Notes: generated by a model not told the origin, from the sequence alone. A stretch of 64,000 nucleotides of DNA from Octopus vulgaris (GCA_951406725.2 OX597836.1:49166001-49230000); one strand, 5' to 3'. Shown: positions 46,988 to 60,707, counted from the first letter of the stretch. A program made the numbers and translations.

Positions 46988-47862
46988 TACTTTGATACTT
47001 TGATACTTTGATAGTTTTCGGCCATTATTGGCCCAGGCCATGTCTAACTTATAGCACCACCTGGTGAAGTCTTTCAAGTCAGAATTTGGGCACTATGGCC
47101 CACTCAAGTAGAGAGTTATTGTTTACAGAGACATATCCGGGTGTAGGGGGTTTATCCGGGATTTCTTGAAGGAATCTGTCCAAAGACTTCTTGAACCCTA
47201 TAGGGTCAGTTTCTGTTTTAATGTGTTTTGGTGTAATGTTAAAGAGAGCGGGGCCAATTGAGGTGAAATAATTGTGCCGTATTGTTGTTATGAGATGAGA
47301 GTGCGATTTTTGTTTTGGGCGGATGGCACGGGGCCCAATCCTTGGATGTACCTTAAAGGTGATGCCAACATCATTTGGGCAATGCTGATGGAATATTTTC
47401 CACATCATGCAGATGATGTAGCGCTCACGACGACATTGGAGAGAATAGAGTTTTAGCTTTTCTAGTCGACCCCAATAGTCGAGGCCTGTCATGCCATCTA
47501 TCTTTTTTGTGATTGCCCTTTGAGGTGCTTCGACTTTTATGATACCTTGTATTGTGTGGGGAGACCACAGTGGACAACAGTATTCAAGGTGGGGTCGGGC
47601 AAAAGTGGAGAAGAGAAGGATAATGGTGTGGATATCTCTCGACTGGAAAGTTCTGAGAATCCAGGAACACATTCTGCGGGCCATGTCAACTTTGGTGTTT
47701 ATATGAGTGGCCCAGCTTACGTTGTTGTCCACAATTACTCCCAAGTCTCTGATGTTGTTGGACGCCGCGAGAGTTTCACCTGAAGGAAGGGAGTATGGGA
47801 GTTTCAGGGCATCCTCTTTTCCAAAGTGGATTAGCTCAAATTTATCCTCGTTCAGCAGCATA
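46988..47862 (-). mobile_element. 5'-truncated CR1-like non-LTR retrotransposon; uninterrupted ORF2 C-terminal ~260 aa, short 3' UTR, (TATCAAAG)3 tail
   Basis: [12 protein letters not shown]…[14 protein letters not shown]…[14 protein letters not shown]…[11 protein letters not shown]…FKKSLDRFL; stop at 47079-47081. The 8-nt tandem tail is typical of CR1. Confidence 0.92.
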
Positions 47863-48114
47863 TATGTATATATGTATATATATATATGTATATATGTATA
47901 TATGTATATATATATATGTATATATGTATATATATGTATATATGTATGTATATATGTATATATGTATATATATATATGTATATATGTATATATATATATG
48001 TATATATGTATATATATGTATATATGTATATATATGTATATATGTATGTATATATGTATATATATATGTATATATGTATATATATGTATATATATATATG
48101 TACGTATGTATATA

Positions 48115-48147
<33 letters not shown>

Positions 48148-48345
48148 ATATATATATGTATATATATGTATATATATATATATGTACATATGTATATATA
48201 TGTATATATATATATATGTACATATGTATATATGTATATATATATATATGTATATATATGTATATATATATATATGTACATATGTATATATATGTATATA
48301 TATATATATGTACATATGTATATATATGTATATATATATATATAC

Positions 48346-48391
<46 letters not shown>

Positions 48392-48457
48392 TATATATGT
48401 ATATATATATATGTACATATGTATATATATGTATATATATATATATGTACATATGTA

Positions 48458-48515
<58 letters not shown>

Positions 48516-48585
48516 TATGTATATATATGTATATATATATATATGTACATATGTATATATGTATATATATATATATGTATATATG

Positions 48586-48616
<31 letters not shown>

Positions 48617-49029
48617 GTACATATGTATATATGTATATATATATTCATACATACATACAACATGCTGGTGGCACCTAAAAGCATCCACTACACTCTGGCT
48701 TTGGTTGGCATTGGGAAAGGCATCTAGCTGTAGAAACTGCCAGATGAAGATTGGAGCCTGGTGCAGCCATCTGGTTTCCCAGTCCTCAGTCAATTCTCCA
48801 ACCCATGCTAGCATGGAAAGTGGATGTTAAACGATGATGATGATGATGATATATATGATTATAATATGCATAGGTGTGTGTGTATATATACATTTATACA
48901 GCAGTATATAATCATAGGTATATATATATATATATAAATACATATATATATATATTTATATATGAAAAGGTGTACATTTACTCATATTTCAACTCCTGTT
49001 TATCCCTTTTACATCATATATACCTTATC

Positions 49030-49060
<31 letters not shown>

Positions 49061-49072
49061 TATAAATTGTAC

Positions 49073-49124
<52 letters not shown>

Positions 49125-49205
49125 TATGCTTATGATTCTATGTGTATGCATATATGTATCCCATGTGCGTCTATACCATATGTCTATGTTCGTATACATG
49201 GATAA

Positions 49206-49271
49206 ACTTACACCCATCGTGCCTCTCACTTACACCCATCGTGCCTCTCACTTACACCCATCGTGCCTCTC
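49206..49271. repeat. Tandem repeat, three copies of a 22-bp unit (acttacacccatcgtgcctctc)
   Basis: Seen directly. Confidence 0.95.
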
Positions 49272-49679
49272 TGTTGCTAACAGAAACCTTGATCCCCTCT
49301 GAAGTGATGCATGTTGTCTGCTATGTTAGTGGTGACCACCCCTTCTGTCCTTGTGTGGGATTGTCTACTCCATCTCAAAGCATCATATACTCAGTAGGGT
49401 ATGAAAGTATGGAAGAAACCTTGCCGAAGATGCCACTGGGGCTGCACAATGTCCTGTGGCCCCTAAAGTCCTTTCAAGCAGCCTCCCATATGGATACCAG
49501 AATGGTTTGGTGATGATGTATGTGGCAGATTTTTAGGTATAAGGTTTTTCCTATTGAGCGAGTGTAACAGGTAAACTGCATGTTACCTCAACATTGTGTT
49601 CTGGACAATACCATGTATTGAGTTCTACACTAGGTTGTTAGTCTTGCTATGACTAAGCGAAATATTAATATATGCTGAC

Positions 49680-49740
<61 letters not shown>

Positions 49741-49741
49741 C

Positions 49742-50130
49742 ATAGGAGTGGCTGTGTTGTAAATAGCTTGCTTACGAACCACATGGTTCAGGGTTCATTC
49801 TCACTGCATGGCATCTTGGGCAAGTGTCTTCTATTATAGCCTCGGGCCAACCACTGCCTTGTGAGTGAATTTGGTAGATTTGGAAACTGAAAGAAGCCCG
49901 TCGTATATATGTATATATATATATGTGTGTGTGTCTGTGTTTGTCCCCCCAACATCACTTGACAACTGATGCTGGTGTGTTTACGTAAACTAGAAGTTTG
50001 GCAAAAGAGACTGATAGAATAAGTACTAGGCTTACAAAGAATAAGTCCTGAGGTTGATTTCATTGACTAAAAAGGTGGTGCTCCAGCATGACCACAGTCA
50101 AATGACTGAAACAAGTAAAAGAGTAAGAGT
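49742..50130 (+). mobile_element. SINE family A, full length, CpG-depleted
   Basis: Family A head, body and tail with several CpG-to-TpG/CpA changes. Confidence 0.9.
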
Positions 50131-50505
50131 ATATATATACATACATTTACACACACACACACACACACGCATACATATGTAAGTTGCCTATATTTGTATA
50201 CATTTACACATGGCCTTGTCTAAACATCACCTGACAGTTGTAGACAACAAAGTGGTGTTTGATTGTTAGTGAAAGAGACCATCTTGTCTCTATTATTTAT
50301 GGTCTTTTGGTGAATGCTTGTGTATGACTTAGCTTTATTTGTTACCATGACAACTGTTCTGTCGCTGCTGTCGCTGGCACTGCATCAGCCCACAGCTGTT
50401 TTGGTGGTGCTCTCTATTACAGGTGCATTGTGGGTCACAGCCTTCTTTTGGTGTGGCACCAGCACCAATGAGCCCACAATATTAGGAATGTTCAGCAGGA
50501 GGGGA

Positions 50506-52551
50506 TGCAGGGGACAAGCCTGTAAGGGCAGCCTGTAAGGGGACAAGTCTGTAGGGACAACCTGCAAGGGGACAAGCCTGTAAGGGGACAAGCCTGTAAG
50601 GACAGCCTGCAAGGGAAGAAGCCTGTAAGGACAGCCTATAAGGGGTCAAGCCTGTAAGGGGACAAGCCTGTAAGGGGTCAAGCCTGTAAGGGGACAAGCC
50701 TGTAGGGACAACCTGCAAGGGGACAAGCCTGTAAGGGGACAAGCCTGTAAGGACAGCCTGCAAGGGAAGAAGCCTGTAAGGACAGCCTGTAAGGGGTCAA
50801 GCCTGTAAGGGGACAAGCCTGTAAGGGGTCAAGCCTGTAAGGGGACAAGCCTGTAGGGACAGCCTGCAAGGGAAGAAGCCTGTAAGGACAGCCTGCAAGG
50901 GAAGAAGCCTGTAAGGACAGCCTGTAAGGGGACAAGCCTGTAAGGGGTCAAGCCTGTAAGGGGACAAGCCTGTAGGGACAGCCTGCAAGCGAAGAAGCCT
51001 GTAAGGACAGCCTGCAAGGGAAGAAGCCTGTAAGGGGTCAAGCCTGTAAGGGGACAAGCCTGTAAGGGGTCAAGCCTGTAAGGGGACAAGCCTGTAGGGA
51101 TAACCTGCAAGGGGACAAGCCTGTAAGGGGACAAGCCTGTAAGGACAACCTGCAAGGGAAGAAGCCTGTAAGGACAGCCTGTAAGGGGTCAAGCCTGTAA
51201 GGGGACAAGCCTGTAAGGGGACAAGCCTGTAAGGAGTCAAGCCTGTAAGGGGACAAGCCTGTAAGGGGTCAAGCCTGTAAGGGGTCAAGCCTGTAAGGGA
51301 CAACCTGCAAGGGAAGAAGCCTGTAAGGACAGCCTGTAAGGACAGCCTGTAAGGGGTCTAGCCTGTAAGGGGACAAGCCTGTAGGGACAACCTGCAAGGG
51401 GACAAGCCTGTAAGGGGACAAGCCTGTAAGGGGTCAAGCCTGTAAGGGGACAAGCCTGTAGGGACAACCTGCAAGGGGACAAGCCTGTAAGGGGACAAGC
51501 CTGTAAGGACAGCCTGCAAGGGAAGAAGCCTGTAAGGACCGCCTGTAAGGGGTCAAGCCTGTAAGGGGCCTGTAAGGGGTCAAGCCTGTAAGGGGACAAG
51601 CCTGTAGGGACAACCTGCAAGGGATAAGCCTGTAAGGGGACAAGCCTGTAAGGACAGCCTGCAAGGGAAGAAGCCTATAAGGACAGCCTGCAAGGGAAGA
51701 AGCCTGTAAGGACAGCCTGTAAGGGGTCAAGCCTGTAAGGGGACAAGCCTGTAAGGGGTCAAGCCTGTAAGGGGACAAGCCTGTAAGGGGTCAAGCCTGT
51801 AAGGGGACAAGCCTGTAGGGACAACCTGCAAGGGAAGAAGCCTGTAAGGGGTCAAGCCTGTAAGGGGACAAGCCTGTAGGGACAACCTGCAAGGGAAGAA
51901 GCCTGTAAGGGGACAAGCCTGTAAGGGGACAAGCCTGTAAGGACAGCCTGCAAGGGAAGAAGCCTGTAAGTGGTCAAGCCTGTAAGGGGACAAGCCTGTA
52001 GGGACAACCTGCAAGGGAAGAAGCCTGTAAGGGGACAAGCCTGTAAGGACAGCCTGCAAGGGAAGAAGCCTGTAAGGACAGCCTGTAAGGGGACAAGCCT
52101 GTAAGGGGTCAAGCCTGTAAGGGGACAAGCCTGTAGGGACAACCTGCAAGGGGATAAGCCTGTAAGGGGACAAGCCTGTAAGGACAGCCTGCAAGGGAAG
52201 AAGCCTGTAAGGACAGCCTGTAAGAGGTCAAGCCTGTAAGGGGACAAGCCTGTAAGGGGTCAAGCCTGTAAGGGGACAAGCCTGTAAGGGGTCAAGCCTG
52301 TAAGGGGACAAGCCTGTAGGGACAACCTGCAAGGGGACAAGCCTGTAAGGGGACAAGCCTTTAAGGATAGCCTGCAAGGGAAGAAGCCTGTAAGGACAGC
52401 CTGTAAGGGGTCAAGCCTGTAAGGGGACAAGCCTGTAAGGGGACAAGCCTGTAAGGGGTCAAGCCTGTAGGGACAACCTGCAAGGGGACAAGCCTGTAAG
52501 GGGACAAGCTTGTAAGGACAACCTGCTCGGGGACAAGCCTGTAAGGACAAC
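50506..52551. repeat. ~2 kb complex minisatellite of 13-16 nt variant units around AGCCTGTAAGG
   Basis: Units ggggacaagcctgtaa, ggggtcaagcctgtaa, gggaagaagcctgtaa, gggacaacctgcaa and ggacagcctgtaa. The periodic ORFs (LQACPLTGLSPYRLVP) come from frame cycling. Confidence 0.97.
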
Positions 52552-54599
52552 CACACTTAGTTTCCCCTGTCTTTCCAAGTACAGCAAACTGCCAGGAATC
52601 TCGGTCTGCTGTCATCCTTATTATTTATAAAAAGGATTTTCCTGTTAGAAACTTTTCAGACAGAGAATGAAATGACACAAAATTTACATGTGGACGATGT
52701 GTTTAACACAACAACTCCATCCAGGATCGTAATAATGGAATAAGCAGATGTTCTTCAAGAGGACACAGCTGGGATTTTAAACCCTGGCTGCTGTGTTATG
52801 CAACCATCTATCTATGTGTGTATGTGTGTGTGTGTATGTATATGGAGAGAGAGAGAGATACCTGTATATATGAACACATTCATGTCTGTGTGTGTTTATA
52901 TATATAATCATCATCATCATCGTTTAACATCCGTTTTCCATGCTGGCATGGCTTGGAAAGATGAGGATACAAAAATGACATGCATCAGCTGGTAGACATT
53001 CTAGTATGTATATGTGTGTGTGTGTGTGTATGTATATATATATATATATATATGTGAGGGTGCCTTGCCAAGTGGGTATGGGTGTTGCACTCACGACTAC
53101 CAGATTATTGGTTCAATTTCCAGGCCTTAATCTCAACTCTTGAGCAAAACTCTTCACCGCACGTGTTCTGGCATCACCTCTGACAAGTGGCACACCACAC
53201 ACCTGTCCAGGCAATGTCTGTTCAGTGGAGCAACTGAGCTAATGTACAATGCAAACATTTGATCTTGATTACTATAAGCAAATCATTTGTGCTGGTCATT
53301 CAACGAGAAATTCCAGAACTCTCTTTCTCAGACTCAAGAGGATAGCTTTTTTATCACATCAGTAGACAAATATGTAAGCACCCATCCATCCATCCATCCC
53401 TCCCTCCCTCCCTCTGTCTACCTATCTATTTATAAATATATCGGTATATAAGCATATCTGAATACATTTGTGTATGTATATATATATATGCTCATATAAA
53501 AACATACCTGTACACACATATATATACATATATATTATGTGTGCAGGTATGCATATCATCATCATCATCCACTTTTCCATTCTTGCATGATCCAGATCGC
53601 CAGACATCTTTGGAAATGAAAATGAGGAGCATTTTTTGGATGGTGATGACATTTGTTTACATGTATCACATGATGTTAAGACAAGGAGACTGTAGCATGG
53701 CCACACTTACCCCACCCACACCCGACCATAACGTGCACACACACACACACATATGATGAGCTTATTTCTGTTTCTGTTCACCAAATCCACCCAACATGGC
53801 TTTGGTTGGCTCTGGAGCTCCAAGATTCCATGATGTAGGATTGAACCCAGAACCATTGGTTTTGGAGCAAACTTCTTACCACCCAGACCTATGTATATAA
53901 AGACATGTATTTGTGTAGCGTCACAATTTCTTCACATCCGCTTTCCATGCTGTCATGAATCAGACTCTTTTTGACCTGATTCTGATGAGTCAGAGGACCA
54001 ATTCCTTCTCCAAAGTCTCAGATTTGTCCCAGAATCTGTGCCTGGATGGCTTTCCTAATGCTGACTGCTTTACAGAATGTCCTGGAGTTTTGTAAATGGC
54101 ACCGGAACCTTGGAACTTGCCAGACTAAAGAGACTTCAAAGAAAGGAAAATGAGAGAGAGAGAGATTATTTTATGTGGGGAGGTGGTAGGGAGGAGAGAT
54201 TGTTGGGGGGGGGGGTATATGGGAAGGGGGTTACTGACAGGTGTGCTGAAGTGAGTTTTGTAGGGGGTCATCTAAGGCGTGATGTGAGGGGAAGAGATGA
54301 AAATGGGGATCCAGAGTGAGTTACTGAAGGGAGGAGAGATGTGAGAGGGTATTGAGGGGATGTTGAGGATGCAGTGAAATTATGGAGGTGGGGAGAGGCA
54401 GAAGGTGGGTGGAGTGATGTGGGGAATGAAGCAAGAGCTGAGAGAGAGAAGGGGGTGGGTAAAACAGAGGATGAATACAGTGACAGCTTCCTGGGTGGGG
54501 GAGGCTGTGGAGCCAGTGAGATGAGAGAGCAGAGGGTGAATGTAGCAAGAGCATCCCCACCATTTAACACCCTACTTCTTCATTTAGTGCTCTTGCCCA

Positions 54600-55130
54600 G
54601 CCATATTTGCTTGAAAGAGCAGGTTTTCTCCTCACCAAGTATCACAGTCATCTCCCTCGTAAGGGCCACTAACTTGAGATCAAGGTTCATCATTTCATCT
54701 CGAGTCTTTCTAGTTCTTCCTCTTCCACAAACTCCATCTCCTTTGGGTAACTGACTCTGTTTTATGCAGCTGCCATCATCCACACACAACACCTGACCAT
54801 ATTAATGCCATCTCTTTACATCTAATTCCTCTTACGAGCTTTTCTCTCAGACCCCTTCTGCTGCCCCATTCATGCACACATTATGCACATCCAGTGAAAC
54901 ATGCTTTGTTTCCTTCTGCAATTAAACTTTTGGTTTTGCTACCATGCTGTCGTGCCATTTGCAAGCCGTCGTGCCATTTGCCCTTCTCTCTGAGAGTGAG
55001 AAATACTTTGATGTGAGCAGACGTAGTAAACTCCATGAATTATCTTCTTTCAGGGCACTCACTCCTGATAAAGCTATTGACTGCTCTATGGTACCTTCTC
55101 AACAATAGATAGAATTCATTCCTGGGGTGT
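54600..55130 (-). mobile_element. Degraded RTE-like LINE, 3' coding fragment
   Basis: GVCGRGRTRKTRDEMMNLDLKLVALTREMT resembles the RTE GRGRPRKTW…DL motif. Upstream SLREKG- and LREKL-like segments. Confidence 0.7.
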
Positions 55131-55534
55131 GCCCTTCCAAAGCTGTCTTCAGTCTCAGCTTCTATCTAAGCATTATTCTAAAGTCAGTAATCACTAACCT
55201 GTGTTTGGTGATACATTCTTCACCTGGGAAAAGGCTTAGCGTTCACAGCCATGTCTGTCTGTCCTGGTCTCTGATGAGAATGGAAGTTCATCTGCCTTTT
55301 GTTTGTTCACCTGCTTGGCAGGTAATCAGGTGACTACCTGGTTTCTTGAAGTAGTGTCGTGAATGTGTGTGTGTGTGTGTGTGTGTATTAGATATACACT
55401 GAGCAGGTAAATTAAAATAATGTTTCAACAAGCAATCAAGTAATCCTGGCATTTAATTTGTGGAAACCTGTGTATGTTTTATAAAGCATAGAACACTATG
55501 TACGCTTTCTGTTTTTAATATGGTTTATATAAAA

Positions 55535-56360
55535 ATATATCATCATCATCATCATCAGTTTTCTTAGCTCTTATTACATGTTCTTCTGTCATTTCCTTTG
55601 CAAGCTTTCCCATCCCAAGATAAGCTTTCACCACTTCCATCCCTGTCTTCCTTCTTCTACCTCTTTCTCTGTTTCCTTTTCCCTGCAAAATACACTCTTT
55701 GACCTTACACACTACAACTGATTCTTCTGCTAATGTCTAGTTTCTCTCTCTCAATTTCCCTGCACCACACCATTCATCAACCAGTGAAGCCTGCTTGCTT
55801 CATTCCTCTCCAACTCTAACCTTAACCCCTTCCATTCAGGGCCCACACCTTACTGGCATGCAGCATCACATTTTATACACAGCCACAACACAAGCGACCC
55901 TTCACTTGAAGAGAGAATCCCTTTCTTGTCTTGCATGTAACAGCTCCCTGAACTCATTTCCACCATATCTGTCTTCTGGCTCCTCTACTTTCAAAGTTTT
56001 CTCCTTCATTAGGTTGCCTAGGAAACAGAAACTCTCATCCAATTCTATAACGAAGCTTTCCAACAATGGGAAATAAAATTTCTTAGTTTGCCATCTCTTA
56101 ACCCAAACCCCTGATCATTAAGCTTTTCCTGTCCGTCTGTCACTCAAAGTTTATTGGTTGCCAGCCTGCATGGGGTCCCCCCAATGCACTTCTTTTGCAA
56201 TGATGCTCCATATTATGTCCTCCCTTTCTGCATATTGAGCACCACCATTTCCTTGCTTCTCTTTCATTTACTAAAACTTTGATCTTTGGTCGTTTACCTT
56301 CAGGCCTTGCCATTCTGCTTCCCCACCCCCATATCAAGGAATTTCTCTGTCTTCCACAGC
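55535..56360 (-). mobile_element. Degraded RTE-like LINE 3' fragment with (GAT)n tail
   Basis: Manual translation: KWWCSICRKG, ESFCFLGNL, EFRELL, KGFSLQVKGRLCCGCV*NVMLHASKVWAL, RGRRRKTGMEVVK; ends in gatgatgatgat. Confidence 0.75.
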
Positions 56361-58142
56361 TTAAAACCACCAGCTTAAAGAAATTTTGGTCAATGAAAAC
56401 TGTACAGAAGCTTGTTGTGTATATATTTGTATGTGTGTGATGGTGTTTGTGTCTGTGTGTCTTTGCAATAAACAATGTCTGGCTTTTTGGTAACTCCAGT
56501 CTCTGAAGACCAGTTGAATAAAGTATCTTACTTGAGGGGGTTGGCTAGGGTTGGCATACATACAAACAAAATCATCATTTTTATGCCTGCTTTCCATGTA
56601 GGCATGGATTGGAGAAGGTGTCACAGTTTACATCAGTTCTTATTCTTGATGACCACCCTCCCTGGACAACTGCAGAACCACATCTCATTCAAATGTTTCA
56701 TTTTCAGTTCCTTTTCTTTTGACTGGATGTTCTTCTCGTCACAAACCACTTTCACAGAGTCTGCCAGATGTGGTCTGTCATGGCACCAGCTCTAGAGAGG
56801 TTGCCATATCCTCAGCAACACTAAACATTCCTTCCCCCCTTACACTGTCTCCACTTGTTTATTAAGTGCTTTCCAGGATGTACTCAATTCATTTTATTAT
56901 GGTGCTATTAGTAGTAGGTGGAGGCACCTGACCTCGTGGTGAGGTTGTTGCTCCCATTGTCATACAATCATGGTTTTGGTTTCTGGATCCAGGAGTGCAT
57001 TGTATTCTTGAGCAAAACTCTTCATTCCTCAGCTGTGAATGAATTCCAATGGAAAGTGAACCCTGTGATGGGTCAGTGCCCCATTCACAGGAAGAGTGTT
57101 GTAGTAATTTCAATCACTTGTATGCTATGGAGACTGGGTGAAGCCCCTGCCTTACTAATATGCTTGTGAAAATGTATAAAGAATGAGTGACAGAGAAGGG
57201 AGGTGGGTATCAAGAGGTGGGGTAGGTGGTAGATGTAGACTCTCTTGGGACACAAGAGACCCCAATGAAGATGTGACCCCTGGCTATCATTCGTTCCACT
57301 CTTTCCATTTCCCTTTCCATTTCCCTTTCACATGGCCGAATGGGGTCCTCTCCAGTATTCACAGTTACCAGTTCTTGTCATCTCTTTTGCGAGGCTCACC
57401 ATTCTGACGTCAATCTTTTCTACTTCATCCCATGTTTTCATCAACTTTGTACCCTTGTCCCCTCACCTGCCCATACTGTAGCAACCATCTCTCTTGCAAT
57501 TGACACCTAATGTCTCCAAGCTAATCTTCTACTCTTGTCATCCAAGCATGTTAACTTTACACGTCCAGTGAATCACCGGACGCCTAAGATCTTTTTATTT
57601 TTCTGGTCATGAATTTACATCAGATTTAAATGAATTTCTTCTCCCTTTCTAATGAACCACAACAACTATAATTGATGAAGACATGTCCACTGTTACAAAT
57701 ATTTAACCCATCTCTCTCTCTCTCTGATGACCGTACATCGGTCAACACGATGTTCCAATCGCTGGGCCATCCCAAAAACGGTTGTCAGAGACTATCTCTA
57801 CTTTTCATTGTATCGCTAAATTACATCAAATGTCTTTGGCACGTCTTGCCAAATTGTTTGCCCTTTCCTTACTTCAACACACACACACACACATACCTGG
57901 CCAGCAATGCAAAAGCAACCATAAAATTAGCATGATACATACACACTCTTGTGTATGTAGCATATATATGCATACACATCTATCTACCTCTCTCATGCTA
58001 TGTGTGTGTGTGTGTGTCTGTATACATATATTCTCATCCAAAATGGAGAGGAGTACCAATGTTACATAAAACCAATGGTAGCCTTTTTAACCGACAAAGA
58101 ATATCCACCAATGCAGTGTTGAGCACTCATTCTTAGTCAATA

Positions 58143-58198
<56 letters not shown>

Positions 58199-58949
58199 GT
58201 ATATACAAACACACAACATGTATGTGTGTTTTATCATCATCATAATCATTGTTTAACGTCCGTTTTCCTTGCTAGCATGGGTTGGACAGTTCGACCGGGG
58301 TCTGGGAAGTCAGGAGGCTGCGCCAGGCTCCAGTCTGATCTGGTAGTGTTTCTACAGCTGGATGCCCTTCCTAACACCAGCCACTCCGTGAGTGTAGTGG
58401 GTGCTTTTTACGTGCCACCGGCACAGGGACCAGAGGAGGCTGGCAAACGGCCACAATTGGCTGGTGCTTTTTAAGTGTCACCGACATGGACATGTATGTG
58501 TGTATACACACACACACACACACTAATGGATTTCTGAGTTACCTGTTTTTTTCCTCCCTCACCCACATCCCCATTCTCTCTTCCACCTGACTGGGTACAT
58601 CATCTTTGAATATATTTTATACACACCCCCTTCTCCCACCTGCATTCTTCATTTTCTCTTGTTTCTTCCATAATTCTCCGGCTGCTGCCATCCATTGTTA
58701 TCATATCTACCTTTGTCTTCTGCACCCATTCATCACCTTGTTTTTATCTAAGGAATGTGTGTGTGTAGTTACACACACATATCTGCACGCACACACACAT
58801 ATATATATATATGAAACACTTGTATTCACATATGTATAAATACACACAGTACCAGATCTAAATATAGACATATATATACATATATGTACGTACACACACA
58901 CACACACACATATAGATATAGATCTAGATCAATTTTTCTCCTCTTGCAG

Positions 58950-59051
58950 GTTTCGGTAACCCTCCTTGTTGTACCGAGGATGTCACCATGTCCATGCAAG
59001 CAGTTTGCCAATGTTGGTCACATGATCTGAGTTACGTATAACAATGAGAAG
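58950..59051 (+). other. Candidate 102-nt host-gene exon (5' UTR with a possible start codon at 59044)
   Basis: Acceptor aatttttctcctcttgcAG|G and donor AAG|GTAAGC around unique, non-repetitive sequence. All three frames contain stops; ataacaATGagaag sits at the exon end. Confidence 0.5.
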
Positions 59052-59404
59052 GTAAGCACAATCTATTTATACCTATCGTGTATGTTGTTCTCTTTTTATT
59101 TATATGTATTTTGGTGTCTTTTGGATTGTTTTTTTTTTTCTATTATCACTGCTGATGATAAAACAATTTGTGTTTAATTCTTGATAATACTATGACCAAT
59201 AATCAAAAATTTTTAAATGTTTGACACAGACTCATTAACAATGGGCCAGAATATGTAGAATTGTAACAGTGGAGGAGTTGGGACGTTTCTGTGGGCCGTC
59301 CTTCTTCATAGAACACTAAAAAGAGATTGACAGGGAGAGAGAGTGTGAAAATGAAAAATCAAAGTAGGTTGTTATTGTACATTGTAGCATTTATAGTCAC
59401 AAGT

Positions 59405-59700
59405 GTAACTAGGTGTACAAGAGGCTCTTGTTCCAACCACATTGTTTCAGGTTCAGTCCCACTATGTGGTACCTTGGTTAAGTCTCTTCTGCCATAACCT
59501 GTGGCAAATCAAATCCTTGTGAGGGGGTTTGGTTGATGGAAACTGAGAGAAGCCCATTATATAGGTGTGTGTGAGAGTGTGTATGTATGTTTGTGTCTCC
59601 TTGTCTTGGTATTGCATGATAGTTGTAAACAAAAGTCCCTGTCACACTAGCAGTGTTATTTTTCCCAATATTCTGTGAAAACACATCTGACAATGGGAAA
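59405..59700 (+). mobile_element. tRNA-derived SINE with the family A head and a different 3' half
   Basis: ccaaccacattgtttcaggttcagtcccact…ggaaactgagagaagccc, then gtctccttgtcttgg…, which is also seen reversed near 53660-53690. Confidence 0.65.
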
Positions 59701-60100
59701 ATCTGATTTATGACATTACAAAGTCATAACAAACAACTATTTTTATTTTTTTATTATTATTGTGTCTTTTTTATTATTACTTTGTTCATTTGTAATTCAG
59801 TGAAACATTGGAAGAAATTTTGAATCGTAATCCGTGAGGGTTCTCTTATATCAGAAAGTGTATCAGGTCATGACCTGACATAGATATAACATTAGATAAG
59901 CGACAGATACGAAATCTATCATTTTTTATCTGTCTATTTCTGTCTGTATATATCTTAGACACACACATATATTTATTTCATTTCTTTATTGCCCACAGGA
60001 GGGGGCTAAACATAGAGGGGACAAACAAGAACAAAGGGATTAAGTTGATTACAGTGTGTAACTGGTACTCATTTAATCGATCCCGAAGGTATGAAAGGTA

Positions 60101-60264
60101 AAGCAGTACAGCATGTGATTTCCAAATTCCTGGCAGAGTAAATTGCATCATGGTGCTGTTTTCCTCACAGAAGGTGCCCAACTGACCCTACTATACTGTG
60201 TAGTCAATAAAATCAAAAACAAACAATGTGCATGTGTGAAACTGAAAATATAAAATGGTGACAA
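60101..60264 (-). mobile_element. 5'-end fragment of the same mariner family as 13420-14607
   Basis: Aligns by eye to about 14425-14590 (ccaactgaccctactatact…aatcaaaaacaaacaatg…ataaaatgg.gacaa). Confidence 0.9.
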
Positions 60265-60673
60265 AATGCCATGCAGTGGGGCTGAACCTGCGACCATGTG
60301 GTTGGTGCACAAGCTTCTTATCACACAGCCACTCCAGTGCCTATAAAATATTTCGCCTCATATATATATATATTTCTGTTTTGCTGTGGTGCCCATTTTG
60401 TTGGCAATGGGAACGTCCCCTCTAGGATTTCTACTCTTTTAAGTACGTAATCTCATCAGTCCTCCCCTCATTCGATCGATGTCCAGGGTTTCAGTTTTAC
60501 CTTTATGCTTTTAGGCTTATGATTATTATTAATATTATTAGTTTTGTTCATCATCTGCTCATACCCACCCGTGTGTCTCCAACATTATTTTATGTAAAAT
60601 AGATATGTGGAGATATGGAATGTTACCTATCTATCTATCTATATATATATAACACCATAGATACATATATATA

Positions 60674-60707
<34 letters not shown>

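Noticed and set aside
50506-52551. CRISPR array or repetitive protein gene
   Set aside because: No unique spacers or cas genes, eukaryotic context, and unit lengths mostly not multiples of three, so the frames cycle.
53980-54005. CTGATGA-GTC-AGAG-GAC as a hammerhead
   Set aside because: Followed by CAATT rather than GAAA; stems I and III cannot be formed.
57722-57750. CTGATGA-CCG…CGG as a hammerhead
   Set aside because: No GAAA core half downstream.
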